DNA of 64,000 nucleotides from Myxococcales bacterium (GTDB lineage Bacteria; Myxococcota; Myxococcia; Myxococcales; UBA5297): NCBI GenBank assembly GCA_050288705.1, contig JBNKEI010000093.1, positions 1,460 to 65,459 of the forward strand, read 5' to 3'. Shown piece by piece: positions 10,744 to 21,055 of this stretch (position 1 is its first letter; each line of letters starts with the position of its first letter). The notes under the pieces were generated by a model. It saw only the letters and a program-made list of their open reading frames with translations, ran no database searches and was not told where the DNA came from. The position numbers and the translations under genes were made by a program.

Positions 10744-11636
10744 TGTAAGCCACCGTAACTTGCCTGATCTGCTCCGGGAACTACAAGTATAGCATCCGAC
10801 CCCAATTCTTTTTCGTATACATTAAAAATTCCTCCGTCACTGGAAACAAATCCCAAACGATTATTGGTAACCCAAGTAGGAAAGCGTTCTTCGTTGGCTA
10901 ATGAAGCAATGGCCTCAGGCATACCGCCCCCCGCCGATACCACATAAATCCGCGGTCTTTCTCCGTCTTCCTTGGCTTCAAAAGCTATTTTTTTTCCGTC
11001 AGGAGAAACCACTGCTCTTCCAGAAAGCTGGCCCGAGATCTTTACTGACAAGGTATCACGCACTCCTGAATTCAGCGTCACCTTCACCAAATCAATAAAA
11101 TCCCAACTAGATCCAGTAATTGCCATTAAGTATTGACCACCAGAATAAAAAGTTGGCCAATTATCGTATTCCGAATTTTGAACCTGCTTTTCACCGCTGC
11201 CATCGGAATTAATCACCATAAGCACTGCATTAGATGAATATTTGGAAACAAAAACAACCTGGGAGCCATTTCCATTTAACGCAGGTTGCATTACTTGTCG
11301 CTCGGAAGAAGCCGCCACTAGCTCGCTATCACCACCTCCACCGGAGCTTATTTTACGCAAGCTGGTCAATCCCCGGTCTTCATGCACGTAAACAATGGTA
11401 CTACCATCTGCCGACAGGGCAGGTTCCCGATTAGACCCACTAAAGGTTAACTGCTTGGCTATCTCATAATTCGATTGGTCGGCTACAAATATGTCTTGAT
11501 CACGCACAAAAACATATCCTGACGAAAAAACTATCCTATCTCCATCTCCGGGACCACCGGTATCAATATCACCACCGCAACCAAGTGCTGTTCCCAATAT
11601 TGTCCATAAAGAGATAGTTACTACCCGCTTATTCAT
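10740..11636 (-). CDS. TolB-like beta-propeller (PD40-repeat) lipoprotein
   Basis: Signal plus lipobox-like ILGTALGC|GG. Recurrent PD40-type segments are present (PALSADGSTIVYV, PALNGNGSQVVFVS, VVSPDGKKIAFEA). There is a 4-nt ATGA overlap with the downstream transglutaminase-like gene. Confidence 0.82.
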   Translation of the reverse strand: MNKRVVTISLWTILGTALGCGGDIDTGGPGDGDRIVFSSGYVFVRDQDIFVADQSNYEIAKQLTFSGSNREPALSADGSTIVYVHEDRGLTSLRKISSGGGGDSELVAASSERQVMQPALNGNGSQVVFVSKYSSNAVLMVINSDGSGEKQVQNSEYDNWPTFYSGGQYLMAITGSSWDFIDLVKVTLNSGVRDTLSVKISGQLSGRAVVSPDGKKIAFEAKEDGERPRIYVVSAGGGMPEAIASLANEERFPTWVTNNRLGFVSSDGGIFNVYEKELGSDAILVVPGADQASYGGLQ

Positions 11637-11723
11637 TACTTGCCTCGGACGTAAATAGGGTTTTCTACAGCCTACGATTTTCGTTCAGAAATTCCAAATT
11701 AAGCTAGAAAACGCCACAAATGC

Positions 11724-12596
11724 TTATACCGATAGAGACATACCGTGCCTTACTATTTGCATGGCGATATCAGTTTGGGTAACGCTTTCTAATCCTTCAA
11801 ATCCTGGGCTGGAATTGACTTCTACTACCATAGGGCCACCGTTCGCATCAAAAAGATCCACTCCGGCAATTTCTAGACCTAAAGTGCGACTGGCCTGAAT
11901 GGCGGCCTTTTCTTGGGCGTCAGAAAGGACAATAGGGCTCCCTTGGGCACCCCGATGAATATTGGAGCGGAATTCGCCCTCTTTTGCTTGTCGTACCATA
12001 GCAGCGGCTACTCGCTCGCCCACTACCAAAGCGCGAATGTCTCTGCCTCGCGATTCTTGGATAAACTGCTGAAGCAAAATGTCGTGACCTAAATCCCAGA
12101 AAGTATTAAGAAGAGCCTCTACTTCTTTCAAGGTAGTGGCAATCATTACCCCTACTCCCTGAGTTCCTTGAACAAATTTAACAATAGCCGGCAGCCCTCC
12201 TACCTGTTCAATAAGCATAGGAACGCTGGCTCGGTGATGCGCAAGAAGCGTTTTGGGTACAGCAATTCCTGCCTGGGCTAAAAGCTGAAGACAACGTAAT
12301 TTGTCGCGGCTTCTGGCAATAGACGCAGCGCTATTTACTACTGGCACCTGCATCCATTCGAATTGAGTTACTACTGCCAATCCAAAGGCAGTTATCGATG
12401 CACCAATTCTAGGCAAAAGAACATGGGGAACAGGAACCAGTTCGCCGCCAAACCAAACTTGAGGTTGTCCTTTCTCTACTACCAAATGGCATTTTAGGGT
12501 ATCGAGGACAAATGGCCGATGGCCTAGTTTTTTGGCGGCTTCCAGTAAGCGGCGGGTAGAGTATAATGATTTCCTTCGTGAAAGTATACACAGCAT
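11724..12596 (-). CDS. rimK: RimK-family ATP-grasp alpha-L-glutamate ligase
   Basis: ORF 11724-12647 trimmed to ATG 12596, because MLCILSRRKSLYSTRRLLEAAKKLGH parallels the E. coli RimK N-terminus. ATP-grasp motifs are present (IVKFVQGTQGVGV, GRDIRALVVG, IAGVDLF, VVEVNSSPGFEGLE). Confidence 0.9.
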   Translation of the reverse strand: MLCILSRRKSLYSTRRLLEAAKKLGHRPFVLDTLKCHLVVEKGQPQVWFGGELVPVPHVLLPRIGASITAFGLAVVTQFEWMQVPVVNSAASIARSRDKLRCLQLLAQAGIAVPKTLLAHHRASVPMLIEQVGGLPAIVKFVQGTQGVGVMIATTLKEVEALLNTFWDLGHDILLQQFIQESRGRDIRALVVGERVAAAMVRQAKEGEFRSNIHRGAQGSPIVLSDAQEKAAIQASRTLGLEIAGVDLFDANGGPMVVEVNSSPGFEGLESVTQTDIAMQIVRHGMSLSV

Positions 12597-12849
12597 CTTG
12601 GATGCCGTCTTTCGGCGACTAGTGGAGACTTTGGGGGTGGCGCGCATAGATAGTAAGAGACTAGGACGAAGACTTAGCGAACATCAAGCGCCAATTTACT
12701 AGCCGTGCAAAATTAGGCCAGCATGGGGACGATTCTGCACAAACACCAGCAAGTCTTCTCTTGCATCTTACAAGGTTTTGTTCGAATCTTTACTAGGTGG
12801 TTTACTACGCGTTCTTTATACTTCTGGAAGAACCACCAAAAGGAAGATA

Positions 12850-14601
12850 TTGGCTTGGTCGTCTGGCAATAGACTTGGTAAATATGAAATTGTGGAACGG
12901 CTTGCCGCTGGCGGAATGGCAGAAGTCTACCTCGCGAAAGTTATTGGCTTAGCAGGATTTTCTAGACCGATCGCTATCAAACGAATACTGCCTCATCTCA
13001 TGGACGAGCCTGGTTTTCGCGAGATGTTTTTGCAGGAAGCAGCTATTGCTGCGCGCTTGAACCATCCTCACGTTGTGCAGGTTCTTGATTTTGCCGAAGA
13101 AGCAGGTGAGCTCTATTTAGCAATGGAGTTCGTACACGGAGTGAGCCTGAAATGCTTGCATTCCTACTCTCTGGAAAAGCATTCGGCAGAACGAAATCCT
13201 GCCCTGCTTATTCATCCATTGCTTGCCGCTCACATTTGCCGTTGTATTGCGCAAGCCCTGGACCACGCTTGGACAGCAACTGATGAACAAGGAAACGCCC
13301 TCCACTTGATTCACCGCGATGTAAGCCCTCACAATATCTTGCTTTCTTATCAGGGAGGTGCAAAGCTGGCCGATTTTGGTATTGCCAAACCTGCACACGA
13401 GAATACCAGCGTAGGTACTGTCAAAGGCAAGCTGCGTTATATGTCTCCTGAGCAGATGATGGGCGATCCACTGGATGCGCGCACTGATGTTTATTCGCTT
13501 GGAATCGTTCTTTATGAAACCGCCTTGAATTTACAGAACCCACTTTTCGACGGGGGAAGCCAGGAATCAGTGCTCTATGCGATTCAGTCTCGAAAAGTAG
13601 CACCTCCAGTTAGAGTGCAACCAGGTTTTCCGCAGCAACTTTCTGCAGTAATTATGCAATCGCTAGAGCGCGATCCCAAAAAACGATTCGCTTCGGCCGC
13701 AGAATTTGCAGACGCTCTAGGAAAATGCATTCATCGAGAAGCTACTGGCCCTGAAGATTATGATTTGCCCGCATTTATGCGTCGTTTGTATGGAGATATC
13801 CCTTCTATCGGAGAACTAATTGCCTCCTTGGGCTCTCGCTCTTCTTTTCAGTCTTTGCCTGCTTTACCGGCTACAGAAGCGCTACCTTGCAAAGAAAATG
13901 CAATTTTAAACAAAAGCAATGCAGGCAATGGTTCTAATATTACCAATACTTTGCCGTTGGAATCAATCAACCACCAGCATGCTTCTCCATTTTTAAAAAG
14001 AAAACTTTTGACCATTATTTTGGTAATCACCTTAACGATTTTGTCAGGAACGCTAATAGCTATTTTAGTTATTAATTGGAAAACCAAAACCGCCGATGCT
14101 GGTTTTGACCTACCCAAGCCAACTATTTCTACACCTTCTCAGAAGCCATCACCATCGGTACAGCCGGTAATATCACCATCAATACCGCCTTCATCAATTA
14201 GCGCTACTAGTACCACCCTACCTTCCAATCCATCTCCCTCTGAGCAGCAACCTTCCGCCATAGTTAACAAAAATTCCCACATTAATAATACAACCACCGA
14301 AACAGCTTCTACCGATAACAATAAAATTAGCACTAATCATGTTAGTCAACCAACCAATAAGATTAGAACGAAATTAAAGACCGGAATTCTCAAAATCGAT
14401 CTTCGTCCGCGCGGTTGGGGAATCATTTCCATTGATCGAGAACCATTTCGACAAGTAGAAATACCTTACTGGGAAAAAAAGCTAACCACAGGAAAACATG
14501 TTATACATTACCAAACAAGCACTGGAGAAAGAAAAAAAACAACCATTAGGATATATGACGGACGTAAAACCACTGTTCAGCTAGGCAAATTATTACAATA
14601 A
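12850..14601 (+). CDS. Hanks-type Ser/Thr protein kinase with TM segment, Pro/Ser/Thr-rich linker and C-terminal PEGA-like domain
   Basis: Kinase motifs AAGGMAEVY, IAIKRI, HRDVSPHNIL, LADFGIA and YMSPEQ. TM segment LLTIILVITLTILSGTLIAILVI. The start is uncertain: TTG 12850 is preceded by AAGGAAG, and the track start TTG 12778 is the alternative. Confidence 0.9.
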   Translation: MAWSSGNRLGKYEIVERLAAGGMAEVYLAKVIGLAGFSRPIAIKRILPHLMDEPGFREMFLQEAAIAARLNHPHVVQVLDFAEEAGELYLAMEFVHGVSLKCLHSYSLEKHSAERNPALLIHPLLAAHICRCIAQALDHAWTATDEQGNALHLIHRDVSPHNILLSYQGGAKLADFGIAKPAHENTSVGTVKGKLRYMSPEQMMGDPLDARTDVYSLGIVLYETALNLQNPLFDGGSQESVLYAIQSRKVAPPVRVQPGFPQQLSAVIMQSLERDPKKRFASAAEFADALGKCIHREATGPEDYDLPAFMRRLYGDIPSIGELIASLGSRSSFQSLPALPATEALPCKENAILNKSNAGNGSNITNTLPLESINHQHASPFLKRKLLTIILVITLTILSGTLIAILVINWKTKTADAGFDLPKPTISTPSQKPSPSVQPVISPSIPPSSISATSTTLPSNPSPSEQQPSAIVNKNSHINNTTTETASTDNNKISTNHVSQPTNKIRTKLKTGILKIDLRPRGWGIISIDREPFRQVEIPYWEKKLTTGKHVIHYQTSTGERKKTTIRIYDGRKTTVQLGKLLQ

Positions 14602-14614
14602 TTAAGAATTTGCT

Positions 14615-15304
14615 TTATCCCGAAATCTCGCGATGACGGACTAACTGGTCAAAGTAGCCAAAAATTAGAAAATCAAGATCACGGGGCAGATTAAGATCGG
14701 CATCAATTTCTTTAACCAAGCTTTTACGAAACGCCTGAAGCAAACCAATGGTTGCATTCCGTATATCAATCGCTAGTTCACGTTCGTTTTCAAAAAGCGA
14801 AAAGTCCTTATTTTCGCTCATCAAATCAAAAGAATCTAATCCCTGTTTCCAAAAATTACTTCCCAACGCATCAGCCGTTGGCATGGAAGAGCCTTCCTGA
14901 TTAAAAGGCGATTTCCAACAAGCCGCCCATTCTTCAGCTTTCTGCCATTTACCCACCAAATAGACCTGCGATGCAGATTGTGCGTATATTGCCGGCAAAT
15001 CAGGTAACAATGAGTTGCGCACCCGCCGCACTGCCGAGAAGACCACTGGATCGATCCCTGGCTGCGTATCGTACGTTTCGCACTGCAAAAAGAACGCCGC
15101 CGTTTCGTCACTATCTAAATCAAGGTTAGTCCGCGACTCACGCTCACAGGCAAGCTTAGGAGGCAAGGAATCAATTGCCAAGCACTGATTGCTCAACAAA
15201 GGCCCATACAGCCTTCCAGACAGGCAGGAAAACACTCTGTCATGGCGATTTTCCAGAAGTTCTTTCAAGCCGAGCCGTAGATCAGCGAGGGATAGCCGCT
15301 TCAT
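14615..15304 (-). CDS. Hypothetical protein (229 aa), no recognisable motif
   Basis: Clean ORF with an ATG start that fills the gap between convergent and neighbouring genes. I recognise no family signature. Confidence 0.55.
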   Translation of the reverse strand: MKRLSLADLRLGLKELLENRHDRVFSCLSGRLYGPLLSNQCLAIDSLPPKLACERESRTNLDLDSDETAAFFLQCETYDTQPGIDPVVFSAVRRVRNSLLPDLPAIYAQSASQVYLVGKWQKAEEWAACWKSPFNQEGSSMPTADALGSNFWKQGLDSFDLMSENKDFSLFENERELAIDIRNATIGLLQAFRKSLVKEIDADLNLPRDLDFLIFGYFDQLVRHREISG

Positions 15305-15504
15305 GACCTAATCATAATTAAATGCCCGACATTTATGCGAGTGGCTAAAACAACATGGAACGGCAATGGAAAGAACCTATCATGTTAATAGGTGGGCTAA
15401 TGAAAGCAGAAGGTACGTAAATACAAGTAGAGTCTGATAGAACAGAGCTATTCAGGTCCTCTCAGCAAGGTTAAGAGCCAAGAAAATCGGCTCTCCAGGC
15501 CCAA

Positions 15505-16506
15505 TTATTTATGTGAGAGCGATAATTCCTCCCAGCATTGCTGGGAAATCAACCCTTGCGCAACCGCATCGTTGGCCACTTCCGCAACAGACTGGAACAC
15601 TAATTGACTATCCCATCGGACAGAATCTTTTGGTTCAGGAGTTACTAGGCGAATATAGGTTCGAATAACTCTGCCCGGAGCCATAGACGAAGCTTGGGCA
15701 TATATTTCCGGGTCTTGTTCGCCACTGTCGCCAATAAAAACAAATCTATTATGAGGAAAGTCTTTAAGTAATGCGGAAAGCTGCTTTTTCTTAAATCGTC
15801 CGGTATTATGCACCATTGATTCAATTGGGCGCAGCATTATTCCATCGACTGGAAATTCATTGTATCGAAAAAAACGGTGAATTCGCCCAAAAAATTGCCG
15901 AGGCGATCCTGACAAATAAAATATTACTGCTCTCTTCCCACTTCCCCTCTGAAAGCAACGCAGTAATTGCGCCATTCCTGGTACTGCTTGATGAGTTTTC
16001 TCAGTGGAAAAAAAGGCGGTGCTCAGCATCTTTCGCAGGCTGGTTACATGAGTAACGGCCACGGTGTCATCAAAGTCGCTAACCAAAATAGTTTGGTTCC
16101 CAGCAACCACTAATACCGAGCCCTCCGCGCTAACTTTCCCGGGAACTTCCACTACTACTGAATGATATTGAGGACGAAGCGGCTTCTTGACTTTCCATTC
16201 TATCGCGAAAAAACCTTCTTCATCAGCTTTGGCTTGGCGGGTAATTCCTCCAATGGTCACTAGCAAAGGAGCATTTTTCCACTCCCGATTACTAAAGAGC
16301 CAACCAATATTTTGAAACAAGGGGGATTGCCGGCGATCCTGCTGGGATACATCTGCGAAAACTCGACCACGTATTACCAGATGCCGAGAATTTCCGATTG
16401 ATGGAAAAATCTGAATTTCTGGAACCAATGTCTCTCCTGCCCAAGCATATACTGAAAACAAACTTGGTATAAAACCAAATGCAATGCTTAATAGATACAA
16501 TCGCAA
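15505..16506 (-). CDS. App1-family (DUF2183) HAD-like phosphatidate phosphatase homolog
   Basis: DxDxT motif VSDFDDTV and the DUF2183 hallmark FVFIGDSGEQDPEIY. The track ORF runs to 16656 and overlaps the upstream CDF gene by 71 nt. TTG 16506 has GAGGA 8 nt upstream and yields a signal-like N-terminus (M)RLYLLSIAFGFIPSLFSVYAWA. Confidence 0.78.
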   Translation of the reverse strand: MRLYLLSIAFGFIPSLFSVYAWAGETLVPEIQIFPSIGNSRHLVIRGRVFADVSQQDRRQSPLFQNIGWLFSNREWKNAPLLVTIGGITRQAKADEEGFFAIEWKVKKPLRPQYHSVVVEVPGKVSAEGSVLVVAGNQTILVSDFDDTVAVTHVTSLRKMLSTAFFSTEKTHQAVPGMAQLLRCFQRGSGKRAVIFYLSGSPRQFFGRIHRFFRYNEFPVDGIMLRPIESMVHNTGRFKKKQLSALLKDFPHNRFVFIGDSGEQDPEIYAQASSMAPGRVIRTYIRLVTPEPKDSVRWDSQLVFQSVAEVANDAVAQGLISQQCWEELSLSHK

Positions 16507-16585
16507 ACCAATTTTCCTCGGGCTATCAAAGAACGCCTTCGCTCTATTCGAATTTTGCCGGCATGATTCAAAATAACCAGTCAGA

Positions 16586-17650
16586 TTATGCCCCCTTAGA
16601 TATGGGTTGATTATTCTGCTCCACCTTTTGTGGATTAGAAAGGTTTGGTTTCTCATCAGTGTGATCTACTTCCAGATCAATGTGTTTAGCCTGAGGAATA
16701 GATGCTACTACTTGCTTTTCCATATGATCAATAAGATTACTAATAGCCATAATTGACTTTCTAGCAAGACATTCAAGGTCAGCAGATTGGTCTTCTGGCG
16801 ATCTCCAACTCACGGTTAGCGTAGTCTCGGCAAGCTTTTGAGCCATATATTTATAATCAACCATAAATTCTGCCTTTAGCTTATAAACCTCGGGCGTAAG
16901 CTGCCGGCTTTTAAGGTCGTGAACGCAGCGCACCCCGGGGGTATTTTCCACAATTGACCGAAATTTTAGGGCAATCTCGGGGGGAACTGACTTTCCCAAA
17001 AGCAATTCGCGGTTTTCTTTGGCAATCCAAAAAGCTACCACTCCAAGCAATAATCCCACCGAGGTGGATCCCATCGCATCCCAAAAAGGGTTTCCAGTCC
17101 AGTGCGCCAAAAGAATTCCTATTGCCGCCAATAACAAGCCCACTATCGCCGCAGCATCCTCGAAAATAATGGCCACACTAGCGGGATCTGCTCCGTCAAA
17201 TAGGTATTTGAAAAAGCCGGCGTTTCCCTTGGAAGCATAAACGGAACGCACCGCCACTAACATTGAATAACCTTCAATAAAAAATGAAAGACCTAATACC
17301 ACGAAAGTAATCATTCCAATCTCTGGCATTTTCGGATGCAATAAAGAATGAATGCCGTGATAAACAGTAACTCCGCAGCCAATAAAAAATATTCCTGCTG
17401 CTGATAGAATGCCAAAAACAAATCTTTCGGCTCCGTATCCGTAAGGATGTTCTGAATCGCTTTCCCGACCGGAACGACGAATTCCTAAATATAGCAGCAA
17501 TTGATTGCCGGAATCGGCAGAACTATGCACTGCCTCGGAAAGCATGGCGCCAGAACCAGACACAAAAAAAGCCACAAATTTGCACAAAGAAATCAGCACG
17601 TTGCCAGCCAGCGCGGTGGCCACTGCTTTAAAAGAAGAGGGGTTAGACAT
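16586..17650 (-). CDS. Cation diffusion facilitator (CDF) family metal efflux transporter
   Basis: ORF trimmed to ATG 17650 (MSNPSSFK...). CDF signature region LSEAVHSSADSGNQLLLYLG..HPYGYGAERF, multiple TM helices and a C-terminal cytoplasmic domain. Confidence 0.88.
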   Translation of the reverse strand: MSNPSSFKAVATALAGNVLISLCKFVAFFVSGSGAMLSEAVHSSADSGNQLLLYLGIRRSGRESDSEHPYGYGAERFVFGILSAAGIFFIGCGVTVYHGIHSLLHPKMPEIGMITFVVLGLSFFIEGYSMLVAVRSVYASKGNAGFFKYLFDGADPASVAIIFEDAAAIVGLLLAAIGILLAHWTGNPFWDAMGSTSVGLLLGVVAFWIAKENRELLLGKSVPPEIALKFRSIVENTPGVRCVHDLKSRQLTPEVYKLKAEFMVDYKYMAQKLAETTLTVSWRSPEDQSADLECLARKSIMAISNLIDHMEKQVVASIPQAKHIDLEVDHTDEKPNLSNPQKVEQNNQPISKGA

Positions 17651-17854
17651 GCAAGCTCCTGGTTTATCGCGCCACAATTTGATTTTGCCGATCATGTACC
17701 AGTCGCACATGCTGGCAGTTTAACATACACTCAATTCTACCCCAAATAGAGGCTTCGCGAATATACCGTAAGACCGCAAGTTACCAGGGTGGAATCGCTA
17801 ATCCCGCAACCCAGCTCTACCCTCTACGCTAACGTAGATGATCTTCTCAAGAAA

Positions 17855-20800
17855 ATGGTGTCTCGCCTCACCCCCTTCATGCGCCGCCCTGTCGCGACCT
17901 ATAGGGTTCAATTGCGTCCTGGGCTTGGATTCCGCCAAGCCAAAGATTTGGCTAACTACTTACATAGATTGGGAGTCAGCGACTTATACACTTCCCCCAT
18001 ATTAAAAGCTTCACCGGGAAGCACCCATGGCTACGATGTCACCGACCCCAATGAACTCAATCCAGAATTGGGCACCAGAACCGAGCTCGACCAACTAGCA
18101 GCCAAGTTAAAAGAGAAAGGAATGGGGCTCTTACTTGATTTTGTACCCAATCATGTTGCAATTGGACACCATAATCCATTTTGGTTGGATGTCTTAGAAA
18201 ATGGGCCTTCTTCAATATATGCACATTTTTTTGATATTGATTGGAATCCTATCAAAGAAGAGTTAAAGAATCAGGTTCTGGTTCCAGTTTTAGGAGACCA
18301 ATATGGCGCTGTTTTAGAAAGAGGCGAGCTTAGTTTGTCTTTTGAGCAAGGTGGTTTTCAGATTCATTATTTCGATTTTAGTTTTCCGGTCGCTCCCCGA
18401 CAATATGCTTTAATACTAAATTACCGAATTGAGGAATTAAGGAAAATTCTACCTGAAGAAGACGTTCATTTTGAAGATTTACTTTCCATAATAGTTGCTC
18501 TGTCAAATTTACCTTCACGTCACGAAACTTCGACAGAAAAAATTGCTGAACGAAACCGAGAAAAAGAAGCCATAAAGCGCCGAATTGCGGCGCTATGCGA
18601 TTCGTGCCCAGCTATTCATAAGTTTATTAATAATAATGTGCGCATATGGAACGGCATCCCGGGAAAACCCGAGAGTTTTGATTTGCTCGATAACTTACTT
18701 AGACGACAGGCTTACCGTTTAGCTTATTGGCGCGTAGCTGCTGAGGAAATTAATTACCGCAGGTTCTTTGATATTAATGAACTAGCGGCTATCTGCATGG
18801 AAGACCCCCGAGTTCTCCAACGCACTCACTCATTAGTTTTTCAACTCGTTGAGCAGGGAAAAGTCACCGGCCTCCGCATAGATCACCCTGATGGGCTTTA
18901 CGAACCAGTACAATACTTTGCTCGCTTGCAAGAAGAATTCATGGTGTCCTTGAGCAGAAGCATTTTTTTTCAAGAACAACCTTGGCGTCGCGCAGGAGAA
19001 TGGGAAGTTATCGAACCCATTCTTCGTAGTCAGCTACAAGCAAAGGAGACAGAAGGAAGGAACTCAATTTTTTTTCGTCCTTTTCCTGTGATTGTAGAAA
19101 AAATACTGGCTAGGAATGAAAAAATGCCTGAAAATTGGCCAGTAGATGGAACTACCGGCTATGATTTTATGAACTTGCTTCATGGTTTATTTATTGATGA
19201 AAGAAATGCGCAGGTTTTAGACGGAATTTATGCAAAATTCACTGGATTAGACCTAGACTATGCCGAACTAGTTTATCAAAAACGTTTAGAAATTATGAAA
19301 GACTCAATGTCGAGCGAAGTTAATGTTTTAGCCAGACAATTGAGTCAAATTTCTGAATACGATCGCAGAACTCGTGATTTCACCTTAAATAGTTTACGAC
19401 GCGCCTTAGTAGAAATAATTGCCTGTTTCCCGGTATACAGAACTTATATAACATTACGCAGCCGGTTTCCTGACGAGCATGACCGTCATTACTGGGAAGC
19501 CGCGGTGCGCAAAGCTAAACAAAAAAATCGGGCGATGAATGTCTCAATATTTTATTTTTTAAAAAACATACTAGTAGGACACATTGATGACCGAGTATCT
19601 GAAGAAGCTCAAAAACTGCGTAGACAATTCGTTCTTCGCTTGCAGCAGTTCACGGCCCCAGTCATGGCAAAAGCCGTAGAAGACACCGTATTTTATATTT
19701 ACAATCGCTTGGTGTCGCTAAATGAAGTGGGCGGACAACCCGATGTTATTGGAACATCACTAGAAACTTTTCACTCTGCCAATAAAGAACGCGCCGAAAA
19801 GTGGTCTACTTCCCTTTCTGCGTCATCTACCCATGATACCAAAAGAAGTGAAGATGTGCGTACCAGAATTCATATATTATCAGAAATACCTGGAGAATGG
19901 AAACGTCGCTTAGCTATTTGGTCTCGCCTAAATCGTAGATTTCGATCGGCAGTTGGTGAAGCCTGGGCTCCTGATCGTAATGAAGAATATCTATTATACC
20001 AAATTTTAGCAGGAACCTGGCCGACCGAATTCGACACGAATGAATGGGCTGTCTATCGAGAAAGAATGATATCATACATGCAAAAAGCCATCAAAGAGGC
20101 AAAAATTAATACCAGCTGGGTGAACCCCAATGAACTATGGGAAAAAGCAGTTTCGCATTTTGTATTCAACATTTTGCATCACAAGCATTCAGAAAGATTT
20201 ATTAAAGATTTTACTGATTTCGCCAGTCGAATTGCCCACGTAGGAGCACTTCATTCCCTTTCTCAGGTAATACTAAAAACTGCCTCACCGGGGATTTGCG
20301 ATATATACCAGGGCACTGAATTGTGGGACGATTCTTTGGTAGACCCCGATAATCGAAGGCCAATCAATTTCCTTAACAGAGATCAGCTTCTTCAAGAAAT
20401 CGATAGCGCCATAAGTATGCCAGAAAATGAACGGAAGTCTCTTTGCCGCAACTGGTTAGAAAACTTCAAAGATGGACGCATTAAACTTTTTTTCACCAGT
20501 CAGGCGCTTCGCCTCCGTCGTCAGTTTCCACGCCTTTTTAGAGACGGTCAATACTTTGGTTTGACAGTGGAAGGCGAACAAAAACGCCATATAGTTGCAT
20601 TTATCCGCAAAAATTCGTGCGAAATTTTACTAGCGGTAACTCCAAGAAGAATAGCCACTATGCTCGACCGAATGGGAACATTAGTGGAAGCAAAGACTTG
20701 GGGGGACACGATGATAATCGTTCCTAATGACTTTCATAATGTTAATTTAATAAATATTTTTACTGGCGAAAAGTTTATGACAAGCTCCTACCACGGCGCG

Positions 20801-20881
20801 CCAATAATTTGGCTTCGAGACATTTTTACTAGTGTTCCTTACGTCTTGGCCGTTGATGAACAAAGCTTAAGCCACACATAA
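17855..20881 (+). CDS. treY: Malto-oligosyltrehalose synthase (TreY)
   Basis: ATYRVQLRPGLGF, GVSDLYTSPILKASPGSTHGYDV, LLLDFVPNH, GLRIDHPDGL and a length near 1000 aa. The start is uncertain (GTG 17789, ATG 17855 or ATG 17879). Confidence 0.9.
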   Translation: MVSRLTPFMRRPVATYRVQLRPGLGFRQAKDLANYLHRLGVSDLYTSPILKASPGSTHGYDVTDPNELNPELGTRTELDQLAAKLKEKGMGLLLDFVPNHVAIGHHNPFWLDVLENGPSSIYAHFFDIDWNPIKEELKNQVLVPVLGDQYGAVLERGELSLSFEQGGFQIHYFDFSFPVAPRQYALILNYRIEELRKILPEEDVHFEDLLSIIVALSNLPSRHETSTEKIAERNREKEAIKRRIAALCDSCPAIHKFINNNVRIWNGIPGKPESFDLLDNLLRRQAYRLAYWRVAAEEINYRRFFDINELAAICMEDPRVLQRTHSLVFQLVEQGKVTGLRIDHPDGLYEPVQYFARLQEEFMVSLSRSIFFQEQPWRRAGEWEVIEPILRSQLQAKETEGRNSIFFRPFPVIVEKILARNEKMPENWPVDGTTGYDFMNLLHGLFIDERNAQVLDGIYAKFTGLDLDYAELVYQKRLEIMKDSMSSEVNVLARQLSQISEYDRRTRDFTLNSLRRALVEIIACFPVYRTYITLRSRFPDEHDRHYWEAAVRKAKQKNRAMNVSIFYFLKNILVGHIDDRVSEEAQKLRRQFVLRLQQFTAPVMAKAVEDTVFYIYNRLVSLNEVGGQPDVIGTSLETFHSANKERAEKWSTSLSASSTHDTKRSEDVRTRIHILSEIPGEWKRRLAIWSRLNRRFRSAVGEAWAPDRNEEYLLYQILAGTWPTEFDTNEWAVYRERMISYMQKAIKEAKINTSWVNPNELWEKAVSHFVFNILHHKHSERFIKDFTDFASRIAHVGALHSLSQVILKTASPGICDIYQGTELWDDSLVDPDNRRPINFLNRDQLLQEIDSAISMPENERKSLCRNWLENFKDGRIKLFFTSQALRLRRQFPRLFRDGQYFGLTVEGEQKRHIVAFIRKNSCEILLAVTPRRIATMLDRMGTLVEAKTWGDTMIIVPNDFHNVNLINIFTGEKFMTSSYHGAPIIWLRDIFTSVPYVLAVDEQSLSHT

Positions 20882-21055
20882 TTCACCTGCGACATCGCCG
20901 ACCGAGTCAGCAGACAATTCACACAAAACCGGTGCAATAATGACTAGTTACTTCTTTCGGAAATATTAAATCCGTTCTTCAGCTTAGATCCCCGTTTTTT
21001 TGAGATTCTGAATACGCATTCTATTTAATTATGTTTTGAAACAGCGCTTCCGGCG

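Noticed and set aside
14139-14340. Pro/Ser/Thr-rich low-complexity coding stretch in kinase 1, considered as a possible tandem DNA repeat.
   Set aside because: No exact nucleotide periodicity is visible. It is a compositionally biased linker, not a repeat array.
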